A DNA stretch of 64,000 bases from an uncultured Planctomycetales bacterium (GTDB lineage: Bacteria > Omnitrophota > Gorgyraeia > Zapsychrales > Fredricksoniimonadaceae): the NCBI GenBank assembly GCA_964572155.1, contig CAZNDZ010000001.1, positions 648,840 to 712,839 of the forward strand. Reading direction: 5' to 3'. The position numbers and the translations under genes were made by a program. The notes below the pieces were generated by a model that saw nothing but the letters and a program-made list of their open reading frames with translations, did not search any database and was not told the DNA's origin. Positions 25,482 through 35,194 of this stretch are shown here, piece by piece (position 1 is the stretch's first letter; each line of letters starts with the position of its first letter).

Positions 25482-27167
25482 GTGCGTTGGCAAAAGAGAT
25501 CGCTGTTGGGACAATTTCTTTTAAATCAAGGGGCTGTTGCCCAAGAACAGCTCGATGCCGCGCTTGATGAACAAAAACGCACAAAAGAGCTTTTAGGGCA
25601 GATCCTCCTGCGTAAAGGTTATATTAGCGACGAGCAAGTCATCCTAACCTGCCTGTCAGATCAATTGCACATCGAAACAATCAGCTTAAAACAAATCACC
25701 CCAGATGCCAATGCTTTAGCGCGACTACCAGCCAAAGCCGCGAATTATTATAAAGTTTTTCCCATTAACATGAGCAATGGTGTTCTTAAAGTGGCCGTGC
25801 ATGATCCTCTGGATTTAAGGGTCTTGGATGATTTAAATCTCATGGCCCGTTGTCCGGTGGTCACAGTCTTGGCATCACAAAAAGAAATCATTGAGGCCAT
25901 CCGTGAACATTATGGCTTAGGCGCTGAGACCATTGAGCAAATGATGGGCACCACAGCCCAAATGTCCAATGAACAAGAAGTCACCGTCATTGATGAGGCT
26001 GATTCCGACGCGTCCATTAGCCGTTTCTTAAATCAAATTCTGTTGCAAGCTTATAAAGATCACGCCACCGACGTGCACATCGAGCCTTTTGAAGAATCCT
26101 TGCGCATCCGATACCGCATCGACGGGGTTTTATATGACGCTGGTATCCCATCTAACTTGAAGTATTTTGCTGATGTGTTAATCACGCGTGTCAAAGTCTT
26201 AGCCAATTTAAATATTGCTCAGAAACGTTTGCCGCAAGACGGCCGTTTTAAAGTGAAGGTGGCGGACATTGAATTGGATTTGCGGGTGTCGTTTTTACCG
26301 ACGTCCTATGGTGAAAGTGTTGTGATCCGTATTTTAAATTCAGTTAAGCTCTTGAGTTTAGAAGAATTGGGTTTTGGCCCGGCTCATCGTGAAACCATCA
26401 AGCAATTATTGGAAACACCGCATGGCATTATTTTTGTGACAGGTCCGACGGGAAGCGGGAAAACAACCACGCTCTATGCCTGCTTGTCAGCGATCAACAG
26501 CGAAGAAACAAAAATCATCACGATCGAAGACCCCATTGAATATCAACTTAAAGGCATTGTTCAAGTTCAGGCTTTCACGCAGATCGGTTTAACCTTTGCA
26601 TCAATCTTGCGCTCAGTCTTGCGTAATGATCCGGATGTGATCATGGTCGGTGAAGTTCGCGACGCAGAAACCGCGCAGATCACCATTCAAACCGCCCTGA
26701 CGGGCCATTTGGTATTTTCAACCTTGCACACCAATGATGCAGCCTCCGCCGTGACCCGCTTGTTGGACATGGGCATCGAGCCGTATCTGATCGCATCTTC
26801 CGTCGAGTGCTTTGTTGCCCAACGCTTGGTGAGAACCTTGTGCCCACATTGCAAACAGAAAGTACCATTAACACAGGATATCGCCGCAGAGTTTGGCATA
26901 AAAGCCATTGAGCCATCCGCTGTTGTCTATAAAGCCAATGGCTGTAAACATTGCCGCATGACAGGGTATGTGGGGCGAGAAATCATTTGTGAGACTTTAA
27001 AGATGAATGATGAGATCCGTGCATTGATCATGAAGCAGGCAACTGCTCAAGAGATTTTACAAAAAGCAACGATGCAAGGGATGCAGACGATGCGCGCTCA
27101 TGGTTTAAGTAAAATCTTAGCAGGCATCACCACAACAGCAGAAGTGCTGCAAGCAACTCAAGAATAG
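25482..27167 (+). CDS. gspE: type II secretion ATPase GspE
   Basis: GspE N-terminal domain, Walker A GPTGSGKTTT, Asp and His boxes, C-terminal tetracysteine CPHC...CKHC. Confidence 0.95.
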   Translation: MRWQKRSLLGQFLLNQGAVAQEQLDAALDEQKRTKELLGQILLRKGYISDEQVILTCLSDQLHIETISLKQITPDANALARLPAKAANYYKVFPINMSNGVLKVAVHDPLDLRVLDDLNLMARCPVVTVLASQKEIIEAIREHYGLGAETIEQMMGTTAQMSNEQEVTVIDEADSDASISRFLNQILLQAYKDHATDVHIEPFEESLRIRYRIDGVLYDAGIPSNLKYFADVLITRVKVLANLNIAQKRLPQDGRFKVKVADIELDLRVSFLPTSYGESVVIRILNSVKLLSLEELGFGPAHRETIKQLLETPHGIIFVTGPTGSGKTTTLYACLSAINSEETKIITIEDPIEYQLKGIVQVQAFTQIGLTFASILRSVLRNDPDVIMVGEVRDAETAQITIQTALTGHLVFSTLHTNDAASAVTRLLDMGIEPYLIASSVECFVAQRLVRTLCPHCKQKVPLTQDIAAEFGIKAIEPSAVVYKANGCKHCRMTGYVGREIICETLKMNDEIRALIMKQATAQEILQKATMQGMQTMRAHGLSKILAGITTTAEVLQATQE

Positions 27168-27179
27168 GGGCGTAGTTTC

Positions 27180-28388
27180 ATGCCAACATTTGCATACAAG
27201 GCAAAAAACTCCGGATCGTCGGTGATTGAAGGTGTTATCACGGCGGACAATCAACAATCTGCGGTGACAAAGATTTTGGAGCTGGGTCAAACACCCATCC
27301 TTGTTGAGCTTACGACGAGTAAGAATCGTGTAAAGCCATTGATGGTGCGTTCTAACGTATCAATCACAGCATTGGCGTATTTCTCTAAGTCATTAGCAGA
27401 CCTCTTAGAAGCAGGTGTGCCGTTGGTGAGGGCATTGGAATTATTGGGCAAACAGCGCATCGCGCCTGTTTTGAAAAACGCGTTAGGGCAGATTGCGACG
27501 GCGGTCAGGGATGGTTCTAGTTTATCTAAATCCTTAGAGTCTTATCCGGATATTTTTAATAAATTATATGTGAGTATGATTCGATCGTCGGAAGCGGCGG
27601 GTAATTTGACGCGGGCATTGGTTATGTTGGGGCAGAACTTGGACAAAGAGGTGGTGATTCAAAATCGTATCCGTTTGGCGTTGATGTATCCCATGATCAT
27701 TTTAAGCGTTGGTATTGCGTCGATCATTGTGTTGCTTACCTTTGTGTTGCCCAAGTTAACCGTGATGTTCGATGATTTTGGTGCAGACTTGCCTTTGCCA
27801 ACGCAGATGGTTGTGGCATTAAGTCATTTCGTGACCCATGATGGTTGGATCGTGGCATTATTATTCGCGGCCGCGACGGGCTATTTTTTAAAATACCGCA
27901 CAACCCCTCAGGGACAACAACAGTTAAGCGCGATCGTGTTGCGCATTCCGGTGATCAGTGATTTCTTAAAAGCCATATCAATTGCACGCTATACCCGCAC
28001 GGTGGCCATCCTTTTAGAAAGCGGTGTGCCCATCACAACGGCATTAGAATCAAGCATCATGGTTTTAGATAATGCGGTGTTCATTGAGCAAGCAAAACAT
28101 ATTGCAAATCAAGTGCGCATGGGCACAAGCTTGTCCGTGGCAGTTCGTTCCGCCGCTGTTTTTGGTGATTTAACTGCAAACTTGATTGCGGTCGGTGAGC
28201 AGGGTGGAAAACTTGAAAGCAATTTATTTAAAATAGCCGCGATCCATGAAGAGCAAAGTCAACACATGACGGAAAACACCTTAAATGTTTTGGGTCCCGT
28301 GGTGTTGATCTGTGTGGTCACTGTTGTTGGGGCGATGATGTTTGCGATCATTTTACCGTTAATCAAAATGAATATGATAATCAAATAG
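27180..28388 (+). CDS. gspF: type II secretion inner-membrane platform protein GspF
   Basis: 402 aa with the two repeated GspF/PilC cytoplasmic domains and 3 TM segments. Confidence 0.9.
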   Translation: MPTFAYKAKNSGSSVIEGVITADNQQSAVTKILELGQTPILVELTTSKNRVKPLMVRSNVSITALAYFSKSLADLLEAGVPLVRALELLGKQRIAPVLKNALGQIATAVRDGSSLSKSLESYPDIFNKLYVSMIRSSEAAGNLTRALVMLGQNLDKEVVIQNRIRLALMYPMIILSVGIASIIVLLTFVLPKLTVMFDDFGADLPLPTQMVVALSHFVTHDGWIVALLFAAATGYFLKYRTTPQGQQQLSAIVLRIPVISDFLKAISIARYTRTVAILLESGVPITTALESSIMVLDNAVFIEQAKHIANQVRMGTSLSVAVRSAAVFGDLTANLIAVGEQGGKLESNLFKIAAIHEEQSQHMTENTLNVLGPVVLICVVTVVGAMMFAIILPLIKMNMIIK

Positions 28389-28401
28389 GTAAGGAGAATT
28401 T

Positions 28402-28830
28402 ATGAAAGAACGTGCCTTTACGATGATCGAGATTTTATTGGTGGTCATCATGATCAGTGTGCTGGCGGCCATGGTGGTGCCAAATCTGACGGGACGGACA
28501 GATCAAGCTAAGTTGGTCGCGGCGCAAACCGACGTGGAAACCAATTTGCCTGCGGTGCTTGACCTTTATAAGATGGATAATGGTGTTTTTCCAACAACAG
28601 AACAAGGGTTGGCCGCGTTATTAACAGCGCCCGTCACAACCCCAGCCCCAGAACATTGGAATGGCCCCTACATTAAGAAAAAGAAAATGCCGCAAGATCC
28701 TTGGGGTCGGCCCTACGCGTACGTTAATCCAGGCGTGCATAATAAAGAAAGTTATGATTTGTCATCTTTCGGTGCCGACGGTATTGAAAGCAAAGATGAC
28801 ATTGTCAATTGGTTGAGCGTAAAGCCATGA
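28402..28830 (+). CDS. gspG: major pseudopilin GspG
   Basis: Prepilin leader and processing site MKERAFTMIEILLVVIMISVLAAMVVPNL; GspG-type ...DNGVFPTTEQGLAALL... Confidence 0.9.
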   Translation: MKERAFTMIEILLVVIMISVLAAMVVPNLTGRTDQAKLVAAQTDVETNLPAVLDLYKMDNGVFPTTEQGLAALLTAPVTTPAPEHWNGPYIKKKKMPQDPWGRPYAYVNPGVHNKESYDLSSFGADGIESKDDIVNWLSVKP

Positions 28831-29237
28831 TGCATGTTAACCGAGGATCCTTGATCCTTGAAGCTGTCATTGCTGTTGTGGTGATGGCCATTGGCCTTAC
28901 AACATTGATGCAAGCTTTAATGAACAATGCCAATGTTGTCAACAGCGCCCAAGAGTATGGCCGTGCGTGGTTGATCATTAATGAAAAACTTCAAGAGAAG
29001 GTCTTCTTTGATAAGACCAATATCTCGCTCGAAAATCAAGCGGTTGATGCGGCATTACCTCGCGTGAAATACGACCAAACATTCAAAACCTTAACACAAG
29101 AGCCTTGGATTGGTTTAAAGCAATTGGATTTATCCTTGCATTGGGCCAATAACGCCAATACACGCAGTCTTAGCATAAGGACCATCTTGCCCAATGATGA
29201 TACGCAACAAACAAAACAAAGCCTTTTCTACAATTAA
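28809..29237 (+). CDS. minor pseudopilin (GspI/GspH-like)
   Basis: Short prepilin-like N-terminus ...RGSLILEAVIAVVVMAIGL; likely start ATG 28827 overlapping the gspG stop. Confidence 0.5.
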   Translation: MVERKAMMHVNRGSLILEAVIAVVVMAIGLTTLMQALMNNANVVNSAQEYGRAWLIINEKLQEKVFFDKTNISLENQAVDAALPRVKYDQTFKTLTQEPWIGLKQLDLSLHWANNANTRSLSIRTILPNDDTQQTKQSLFYN

Positions 29238-29853
29238 CGTCGATCAACATGGGTTTACGCTCCTTGAAATGCTCTTAGGGGTCGTTATTACGGCGTTGGT
29301 GGGTTTTAGTTTATTTCAGATCTTTGCCAATGGCATGAACACTTATCAGCGGGCGCAATTGACAGCGAAAGTGTATTTGCAAATGTACAAAGTCTTTGAC
29401 GCGCTGGATGCCGATATCGCGGCGATCATCACGTTTGATTACAGAGCGGTGGATCCGCAATGGAAAAGTTTTCATGGTAATGCAACGTCGATGCATTTTG
29501 TTAGGAAAGCGAAGGATGGGTTACAGATGGTGTCTTACGCCGTTTATGATGACAAAAGCCGAGGCGATGAAGTCAGACGCAAGATCAACCCCTTAGTTGA
29601 CGTGCTTGCAAAGCAAACAAAGGATGTTGCTGGGGATGTTGTTGCGAAATATATACAGGATGATGGCTTTACATTAACGTATGCGCAGGCAGAGCCAGAG
29701 TCAGTCAATGGCAAGGTCAAGATACGTTGGCAAAACAGTTGGGAAGAGGAGCATCTTCCCATTGCGATTGCGGTAAAGATACGCTTTAAGCCTAATCAAG
29801 AAAAACAAGCACCGGTTGAGTTTAGCCGTATTTTTTATTTAGAAAATCGGTAA
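29194..29853 (+). CDS. minor pseudopilin GspJ-like
   Basis: Prepilin-type N-terminus QHGFTLLEMLLGVVITALVGFSLF; 219 aa. Confidence 0.5.
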   Translation: MMIRNKQNKAFSTINVDQHGFTLLEMLLGVVITALVGFSLFQIFANGMNTYQRAQLTAKVYLQMYKVFDALDADIAAIITFDYRAVDPQWKSFHGNATSMHFVRKAKDGLQMVSYAVYDDKSRGDEVRRKINPLVDVLAKQTKDVAGDVVAKYIQDDGFTLTYAQAEPESVNGKVKIRWQNSWEEEHLPIAIAVKIRFKPNQEKQAPVEFSRIFYLENR

Positions 29854-29855
29854 GA

Positions 29856-30758
29856 ATGAATATAAGAAAAAATAATTCTGGTATAATTTTAATTGCGGTG
29901 ATTGCCGTGATGATTGTGCTCACCATAGTTACCCTCAGTGCGGGGAGTCTTGTATCGACGACGATGCAGTATACTCAAAAAGAAATAGCCCGCACACGGG
30001 CCATGGCTAGTGCTTTGGCAGGGGTGAATTATGCGTTGCATTTGATGCAGGATCATCCATCGCTAGTCGACACCTGGTGGCAAAGCGGGGTGCGTGTCGA
30101 CAATAAAGAACAGGCAGGAAAGTATTTTGATCATGTGGTGTTAAGTAAAAACACACAGTTTGATGTGGACATCATGGATCAAACGCGGTATCTAAATCTA
30201 AATGCTTTAAATTTGACTAACGCGTCGCTGTTATCACGCTTGATTGTGGCGCATGGATTTTCAATGCAGCAAGGGGATGATATTGCCGCTAATGTGATTG
30301 AATGGTTAACACAAATTAAAAAAGCTCCCTTTGATGATGTTGCCGAACTTACGCTTGTCAAAGGCATGACCAAAGATATTTTTGAAAAGATCAATGTTGA
30401 TCTAACGGTGTATCCAAAATTTCCTGCCGATGGGCTGGTGGCGAATTTTTGGACAGCTTCACCTAAGTTTTATCAGGCCTTGGTGGCAGATGTCACAGCA
30501 ACGCATAAGGTGGAAAATGTTTCAACTTTCGTTGCCCTTGCGCAAAAGTATCGCACCAAAGAAAAACCGGCAAATCCCGACGGGGTAGAATTAGCCATGT
30601 TGGCCGCAGGGGGGCATGTACCAGTTGCGTTAGACTATAAAGTACATGTGGTTGGTTTTGACGCGTTAACCAAAACGCGTGTCGAGGTAGAGGCATTGAT
30701 TAACAAAGATCAAAATGGCGCGTGGGGCATTCAACGTTTTAATAGGGTGTTATTTTAA
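29856..30758 (+). CDS. gspK: minor pseudopilin GspK-like
   Basis: N-terminal TM/prepilin-like segment SGIILIAVIAVMIVLTIVTLSAG followed by a roughly 260-aa periplasmic domain, size and position typical of GspK. Confidence 0.55.
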   Translation: MNIRKNNSGIILIAVIAVMIVLTIVTLSAGSLVSTTMQYTQKEIARTRAMASALAGVNYALHLMQDHPSLVDTWWQSGVRVDNKEQAGKYFDHVVLSKNTQFDVDIMDQTRYLNLNALNLTNASLLSRLIVAHGFSMQQGDDIAANVIEWLTQIKKAPFDDVAELTLVKGMTKDIFEKINVDLTVYPKFPADGLVANFWTASPKFYQALVADVTATHKVENVSTFVALAQKYRTKEKPANPDGVELAMLAAGGHVPVALDYKVHVVGFDALTKTRVEVEALINKDQNGAWGIQRFNRVLF

Positions 30759-32122
30759 TGGGTAAACACCGCAACGTCATATCTATTACCGACGATAATC
30801 TGACATACTTGCAGGCCAAGGATGTTGGGACGCCGGTATTTCGACAAGTGAGCATTAAAGGAAAAAGTGATGCGGAAATTACGAAGCAATTATCCCTGTT
30901 GATTAAGGCGCACAAGATTGCTTTGCATCAAGTGACTGCGGTGATTAGCCGGCAAAATGTGTTGGTGCGGTTTATGACATTACCGTCGGCAGATGTTGTT
31001 GAACTTAAAAAAATGGTGGCTTTGCAAATTGGCAGCATTGTTCCTTATGCCCTTGAAGAGATTGTTTTTGATATTCAATTGCTTGGGGATGCGGGCTCAA
31101 ATCAGCGCAAAGTCATGGTCATCATTGCGCCCAAAGATGTCATTGAGCGCCAGTGGCAGATTTATACCAAGGCGGGTGTATCTCCCTCGATTGTGAGCAT
31201 CAGCTCGATGGGAGTATGGCTTTGGTATAGCCGCAGGACCGCAGATAAGCTTGGTGTCGCGTTGGTGTTGGATATCAATGAAGGAGAGGTGGAAATTTGC
31301 CTTTGCCAACACGCCCATTTGTTTACTTCAAGGGCTTTTCGATTACCGTCGTCAGATTTAGCGGCAGATGATTTTAAATTTTTGTTGAAAGAAATTGATT
31401 TAACCATTGAAGGTTACATGAAAGAACGGGTTGGCCCAGCGTTGACAAAGATCATCACCACAGGTTCTAAGCCAATACCCATTGATTTATTAACGCGCTT
31501 ACAGAAAGAATACGAATTGCCGGTTGAAGACATTGATCATGCACGTCAGATCAAAGGTTCCAATGAATCAGCGACGGCGCTCATCGGATTTTCTGCTGTT
31601 GACGCGGCCCATCAAATTAATTTAATCCCGCGACATTTGGCGGATGCGCACGTTAAAACACTGGCAGCGAAAGCGGCAAAACGCATGGCCTTGATCATGG
31701 TTGGGTTGTTTGTCATCGTTGGCGTTATCGGAGCAATCCAAGTAAATAAGAAGAATAAATATTTAGAAGAGTTAAATGATCAATGGCAAGTCACGAAGAA
31801 ACAATTGGATGGCATTGAGCAGGAAAAAGCAAAAATTAATGCGATGTCACAAGCGTTAAATGGACGGGTTGTATTTGCAGAGATTTTTAAAGTTGTTGAA
31901 CAGTCTACACCGCCGAGTGTATCTTTTTTTAACGTGAACATCAATGATCAAAAACTTTTAAGCATGCAAGGGATTGCAAAGAATCCCGCAGATATCAATG
32001 CCTTACAGGAGAGTTTGATGCGCTCCACATTATTTGTGAGTGTACAGTTAGATTTTGTGAATAAACGTTCAACGCAAGATGGGGAAGTTAGTTATTTTAA
32101 ACTATCGTGCCAATTAAAATGA
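30758..32122 (+). CDS. gspL: GspL-like (PilM/PilN-type) T2SS assembly protein
   Basis: Cytoplasmic actin-like N-terminal half, single TM (MALIMVGLFVIVGVIGAI), coiled-coil periplasmic part; located between gspK and gspM-like genes. Confidence 0.5.
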   Translation: MGKHRNVISITDDNLTYLQAKDVGTPVFRQVSIKGKSDAEITKQLSLLIKAHKIALHQVTAVISRQNVLVRFMTLPSADVVELKKMVALQIGSIVPYALEEIVFDIQLLGDAGSNQRKVMVIIAPKDVIERQWQIYTKAGVSPSIVSISSMGVWLWYSRRTADKLGVALVLDINEGEVEICLCQHAHLFTSRAFRLPSSDLAADDFKFLLKEIDLTIEGYMKERVGPALTKIITTGSKPIPIDLLTRLQKEYELPVEDIDHARQIKGSNESATALIGFSAVDAAHQINLIPRHLADAHVKTLAAKAAKRMALIMVGLFVIVGVIGAIQVNKKNKYLEELNDQWQVTKKQLDGIEQEKAKINAMSQALNGRVVFAEIFKVVEQSTPPSVSFFNVNINDQKLLSMQGIAKNPADINALQESLMRSTLFVSVQLDFVNKRSTQDGEVSYFKLSCQLK

Positions 32123-32652
32123 CCATGAGACAATTATCAAATAGGGAAAAGATCATTGCTGGCGCAACCATCATCATGGTTGTTGTTTATTTGGTCTTTT
32201 TCATCCTCATCCGTCCAGCGAAAGACATGTTGGCGGGGATTGATGATAGCATTGCAACCAGTGAACAACGCCTATCTAAAGGGAAGGTATTATTAGAAAG
32301 AGGGAGCGGTGTCCAAAAGTCGATGGATAGCTTGGTTAAAGAATGGGGACAAACCAGATCTGATGCCGAAGAGTCTTCCCAATTAATCAATGCCCTTGAA
32401 TCTGCCGCCACAACTGCGGATATCCGTATCCTTAATATCGAACCGCGCCCTATAGTCCGCGACACATTAGTCCGCTATCCTATTGCCATGACGGTTAGCG
32501 GTACATCAAAACACATCATTAAGTTTTTATCCTTAATCCAAGCCAAGCCCTTGGCATTAGATGTAGAAAACCTCAATTTAGAACGCTCTATCGATGGCAA
32601 TGCTACCATTAATGGCACTATGGTGGTGACACGTTTAAGAATACAGGGTTAA
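32107..32652 (+). CDS. gspM: GspM/PilO-like T2SS protein
   Basis: 181 aa, N-terminal TM (IIAGATIIMVVVYLVFFILI) plus periplasmic domain; last gene of the operon. Confidence 0.45.
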   Translation: MPIKMTMRQLSNREKIIAGATIIMVVVYLVFFILIRPAKDMLAGIDDSIATSEQRLSKGKVLLERGSGVQKSMDSLVKEWGQTRSDAEESSQLINALESAATTADIRILNIEPRPIVRDTLVRYPIAMTVSGTSKHIIKFLSLIQAKPLALDVENLNLERSIDGNATINGTMVVTRLRIQG

Positions 32653-32684
32653 TTCTCATTTTATGCCTCATGAAATTCTTTTCC

Positions 32685-32713
32685 TTGACGCATTTAGCTT
32701 ACAGGCGTATAAT
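32685..32713 (+). promoter_or_regulatory. sigma70-type promoter of rpsO
   Basis: TTGACG (32685-32690), 17-nt spacer, TATAAT (32708-32713); AGGAGG RBS at 32763-32768 before the TTG start. Confidence 0.5.
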
Positions 32714-32775
32714 TTCACAACTTAAAAAGACTAAACATAAGGCAGTATAAGCTGCTGTAACAAGGAGGAAGTACG

Positions 32776-33045
32776 TTGGCTATTGTTAAAGAAAAGAAAA
32801 CAGAAGTAATCAACCGTTTCAAAACCCATGCGAAAGATACAGGTTCCGCACCTGTGCAAATCGCTGTGTTGACCGAACAAATCAATGCACTTAATTTGCA
32901 TTTCAAATCCCATCAAAAGGATTTTCATTCCCGTCGTGGATTGCTCGTGTTAATCGGTAAACGCCGTCGTCTGTTGGATTATCTCCAATCGATAGATCCT
33001 AAAAAATACGAAGAAACCATTAACAAGCTTGATTTACGTAAGTAA
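32776..33045 (+). CDS. rpsO: 30S ribosomal protein S15
   Basis: 89 aa, ...[39 protein letters not shown]... typical S15; TTG start; classical rpsO-pnp arrangement. Confidence 0.9.
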   Translation: MAIVKEKKTEVINRFKTHAKDTGSAPVQIAVLTEQINALNLHFKSHQKDFHSRRGLLVLIGKRRRLLDYLQSIDPKKYEETINKLDLRK

Positions 33046-33075
33046 AAAGCTTTCTTAAAAATTTAAGGATCTATT

Positions 33076-35181
33076 ATGCAGACAGTCCGTGTCGAGGCTC
33101 CGTTTGGCGCCCAAACCATCACGATTGAATCAGGTAAATTAGCAAAATTAGCGGGCGGCGCTGTTACCGTTACCGTTGGTGGTACCGTTGTTCTGGTCAC
33201 CGCTTGTATGGCCAAAAAAGCCAAAGAAGGCCAAGGGTTTTTCCCTTTAGCTGTTGAATATCAAGAACGCACCTACGCCGCTGGTAAAATCCCAGGCGGT
33301 TTCTTTAAACGTGAAGGTCGTCCGTCTGAACGTGAAGTGTTAGTGTCCCGTTTGATTGATCGTCCAACCCGTCCATTATTCCCAGAAGGTTTCTTAAATG
33401 AAGTTCAAGTTGTGGCAACTGTTTTGAGCCACGACGGTGAAAATGATCCTGATATCTTAGCGATGATCGGTTCGTCCGCTGCGCTATTGATTTCTGAAAT
33501 TCCTTTCGATGGTCCAATCGGCGCAACCCGTATTGGTTTGATTGATGGTCAATTGGTGGCTAACCCAACGTTTGCACAACGTGCGAACAGCGCGATGGAT
33601 TTGGTTATCGCTGGTTGGGGTGAAGGCATCATCATGATTGAAGGCGAAGGCGATCAAGTTCCAGAAGCTAAAGTTTTGGAAGCCATGAAGTTAGCGTTAG
33701 ACACCCAAAAAGCGTATATCGCTATTCAAAAAGAATTACAGAAGCAAGTTGGTAAACCAAAAGCTGCTTTTGAAGCCAAACAACCTAATGAAAAGTTTGC
33801 TAAAAAAGTACGCACTTTAGGTTTTGATCGTTTGCAAAAAGCATATACTACGATCGCTGATAAAGCTGAACGTGAAGATGCGGTCAACGCGATCTTCCAT
33901 GATTTAACCAAGGACATGACCATCTATGCAGATTGTGTCGTTACCGAAGGTGAAGAATTCTCCGCCGGTGATGTTAATCATGTGTATGAAGCTTTGCAAT
34001 ATGAAATCATCCGCAACAATGTGTTCCAAAAACAATTGCGTGCTGATGGCCGTGGTTTAAAAGAAATTCGTCAAATCGATTCTGAAGTGGGTGTTTTACC
34101 ACGTACCCATGGTTCATCCTTATTTACCCGCGGTCAAACCCAAGCTTTGGGTGTTGTGACCTTAGGTACCAAGGATGATGAGCAATTGATCGAATCTTTA
34201 GAAAGCAGAACATACAAGACCTACATGTTGCATTATAATTTCCCATCATTCTCTGTTGGTGAAACAAAGCGCATGGGTTCTCCTGGTCGTCGTGAAATTG
34301 GCCACGGTGCTTTAGCTTCTAAAGCGATTAAATATGTCATCCCATCACGCGAAGATTTTCCTTACACCATCCGCGTGGTTTCTGAAATCTTAGAATCCAA
34401 TGGTTCTTCTTCTATGGCCTCCGTGTGTGCTGGTTGTTTAGCGCTTATGGATGCTGGTGTTCCGATCAAGGCTACTGTTGCTGGTATTTCCGTCGGTTTA
34501 ATCTCTGATGCGAAAGAAACAGTTTTGATCACCGACATCATGGGTTTAGAAGATCATTTCGGTGATATGGATTTCAAGGTGGCTGGTAGCCGTACCGGTG
34601 TGACCGCCATCCAATTAGATCTTAAGATCAAATCCTTGTCGATGAGCTTGGTTGAACGCACCATCGCACAAGCCAGAGAAGCGCGCATGATCATCTTAGA
34701 TAAGATGGAAAAAACCATGCCAGCGCCACGTAAAGAAATGTCACAATACGCACCTCGCATTGTCACCATTCAAATCCCACAAGAGAAAATCGGGGAAGTG
34801 ATTGGACCAGGCGGTAAAACGATCCGTAAGATGATCGAAGAAACAGGTGTTACCTCGATCGACATCGAAGAAGATGGTAAGGTGATCATTGCATCTCCAA
34901 ATGGCGAATCTTTAGATAAGGCTTATGCCATGATCAAGGGCATGACCCATGAACCTGAAGTCGGCGCTATTTTCGATGCGACGGTTAAACGTATCATGAA
35001 TTTCGGTGTGTTCGTCGAGTTCTTACCAGGCCGTGAAGGTTTGGTTCACGTTTCTGAACTTGCAAACAAGTTTGTTAAGGATGTTAACGAAGTTGTGAAG
35101 GTGGGCGACAAGTTTAAAGTAAAGCTTACTGAAAAAGATGAGCAAGGTCGCTTTAACTTAAGCAAAAAACAAGCCGAATAA
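33076..35181 (+). CDS. pnp: polyribonucleotide nucleotidyltransferase (PNPase)
   Basis: 701 aa; two RNase PH domains, KH (GPGGKTIRKMIEETG) and S1 (GAIFDATVKRIMNFGVFVEF) domains. Confidence 0.97.
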   Translation: MQTVRVEAPFGAQTITIESGKLAKLAGGAVTVTVGGTVVLVTACMAKKAKEGQGFFPLAVEYQERTYAAGKIPGGFFKREGRPSEREVLVSRLIDRPTRPLFPEGFLNEVQVVATVLSHDGENDPDILAMIGSSAALLISEIPFDGPIGATRIGLIDGQLVANPTFAQRANSAMDLVIAGWGEGIIMIEGEGDQVPEAKVLEAMKLALDTQKAYIAIQKELQKQVGKPKAAFEAKQPNEKFAKKVRTLGFDRLQKAYTTIADKAEREDAVNAIFHDLTKDMTIYADCVVTEGEEFSAGDVNHVYEALQYEIIRNNVFQKQLRADGRGLKEIRQIDSEVGVLPRTHGSSLFTRGQTQALGVVTLGTKDDEQLIESLESRTYKTYMLHYNFPSFSVGETKRMGSPGRREIGHGALASKAIKYVIPSREDFPYTIRVVSEILESNGSSSMASVCAGCLALMDAGVPIKATVAGISVGLISDAKETVLITDIMGLEDHFGDMDFKVAGSRTGVTAIQLDLKIKSLSMSLVERTIAQAREARMIILDKMEKTMPAPRKEMSQYAPRIVTIQIPQEKIGEVIGPGGKTIRKMIEETGVTSIDIEEDGKVIIASPNGESLDKAYAMIKGMTHEPEVGAIFDATVKRIMNFGVFVEFLPGREGLVHVSELANKFVKDVNEVVKVGDKFKVKLTEKDEQGRFNLSKKQAE

Positions 35182-35194
35182 ATAGTTTTAAACT

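Noticed and set aside
33046-33075. Possible terminator/attenuator between rpsO and pnp (a known autoregulatory site in E. coli)
   Set aside because: No convincing GC-rich hairpin or U-tract seen in the 30-nt spacer; nothing callable from sequence alone.
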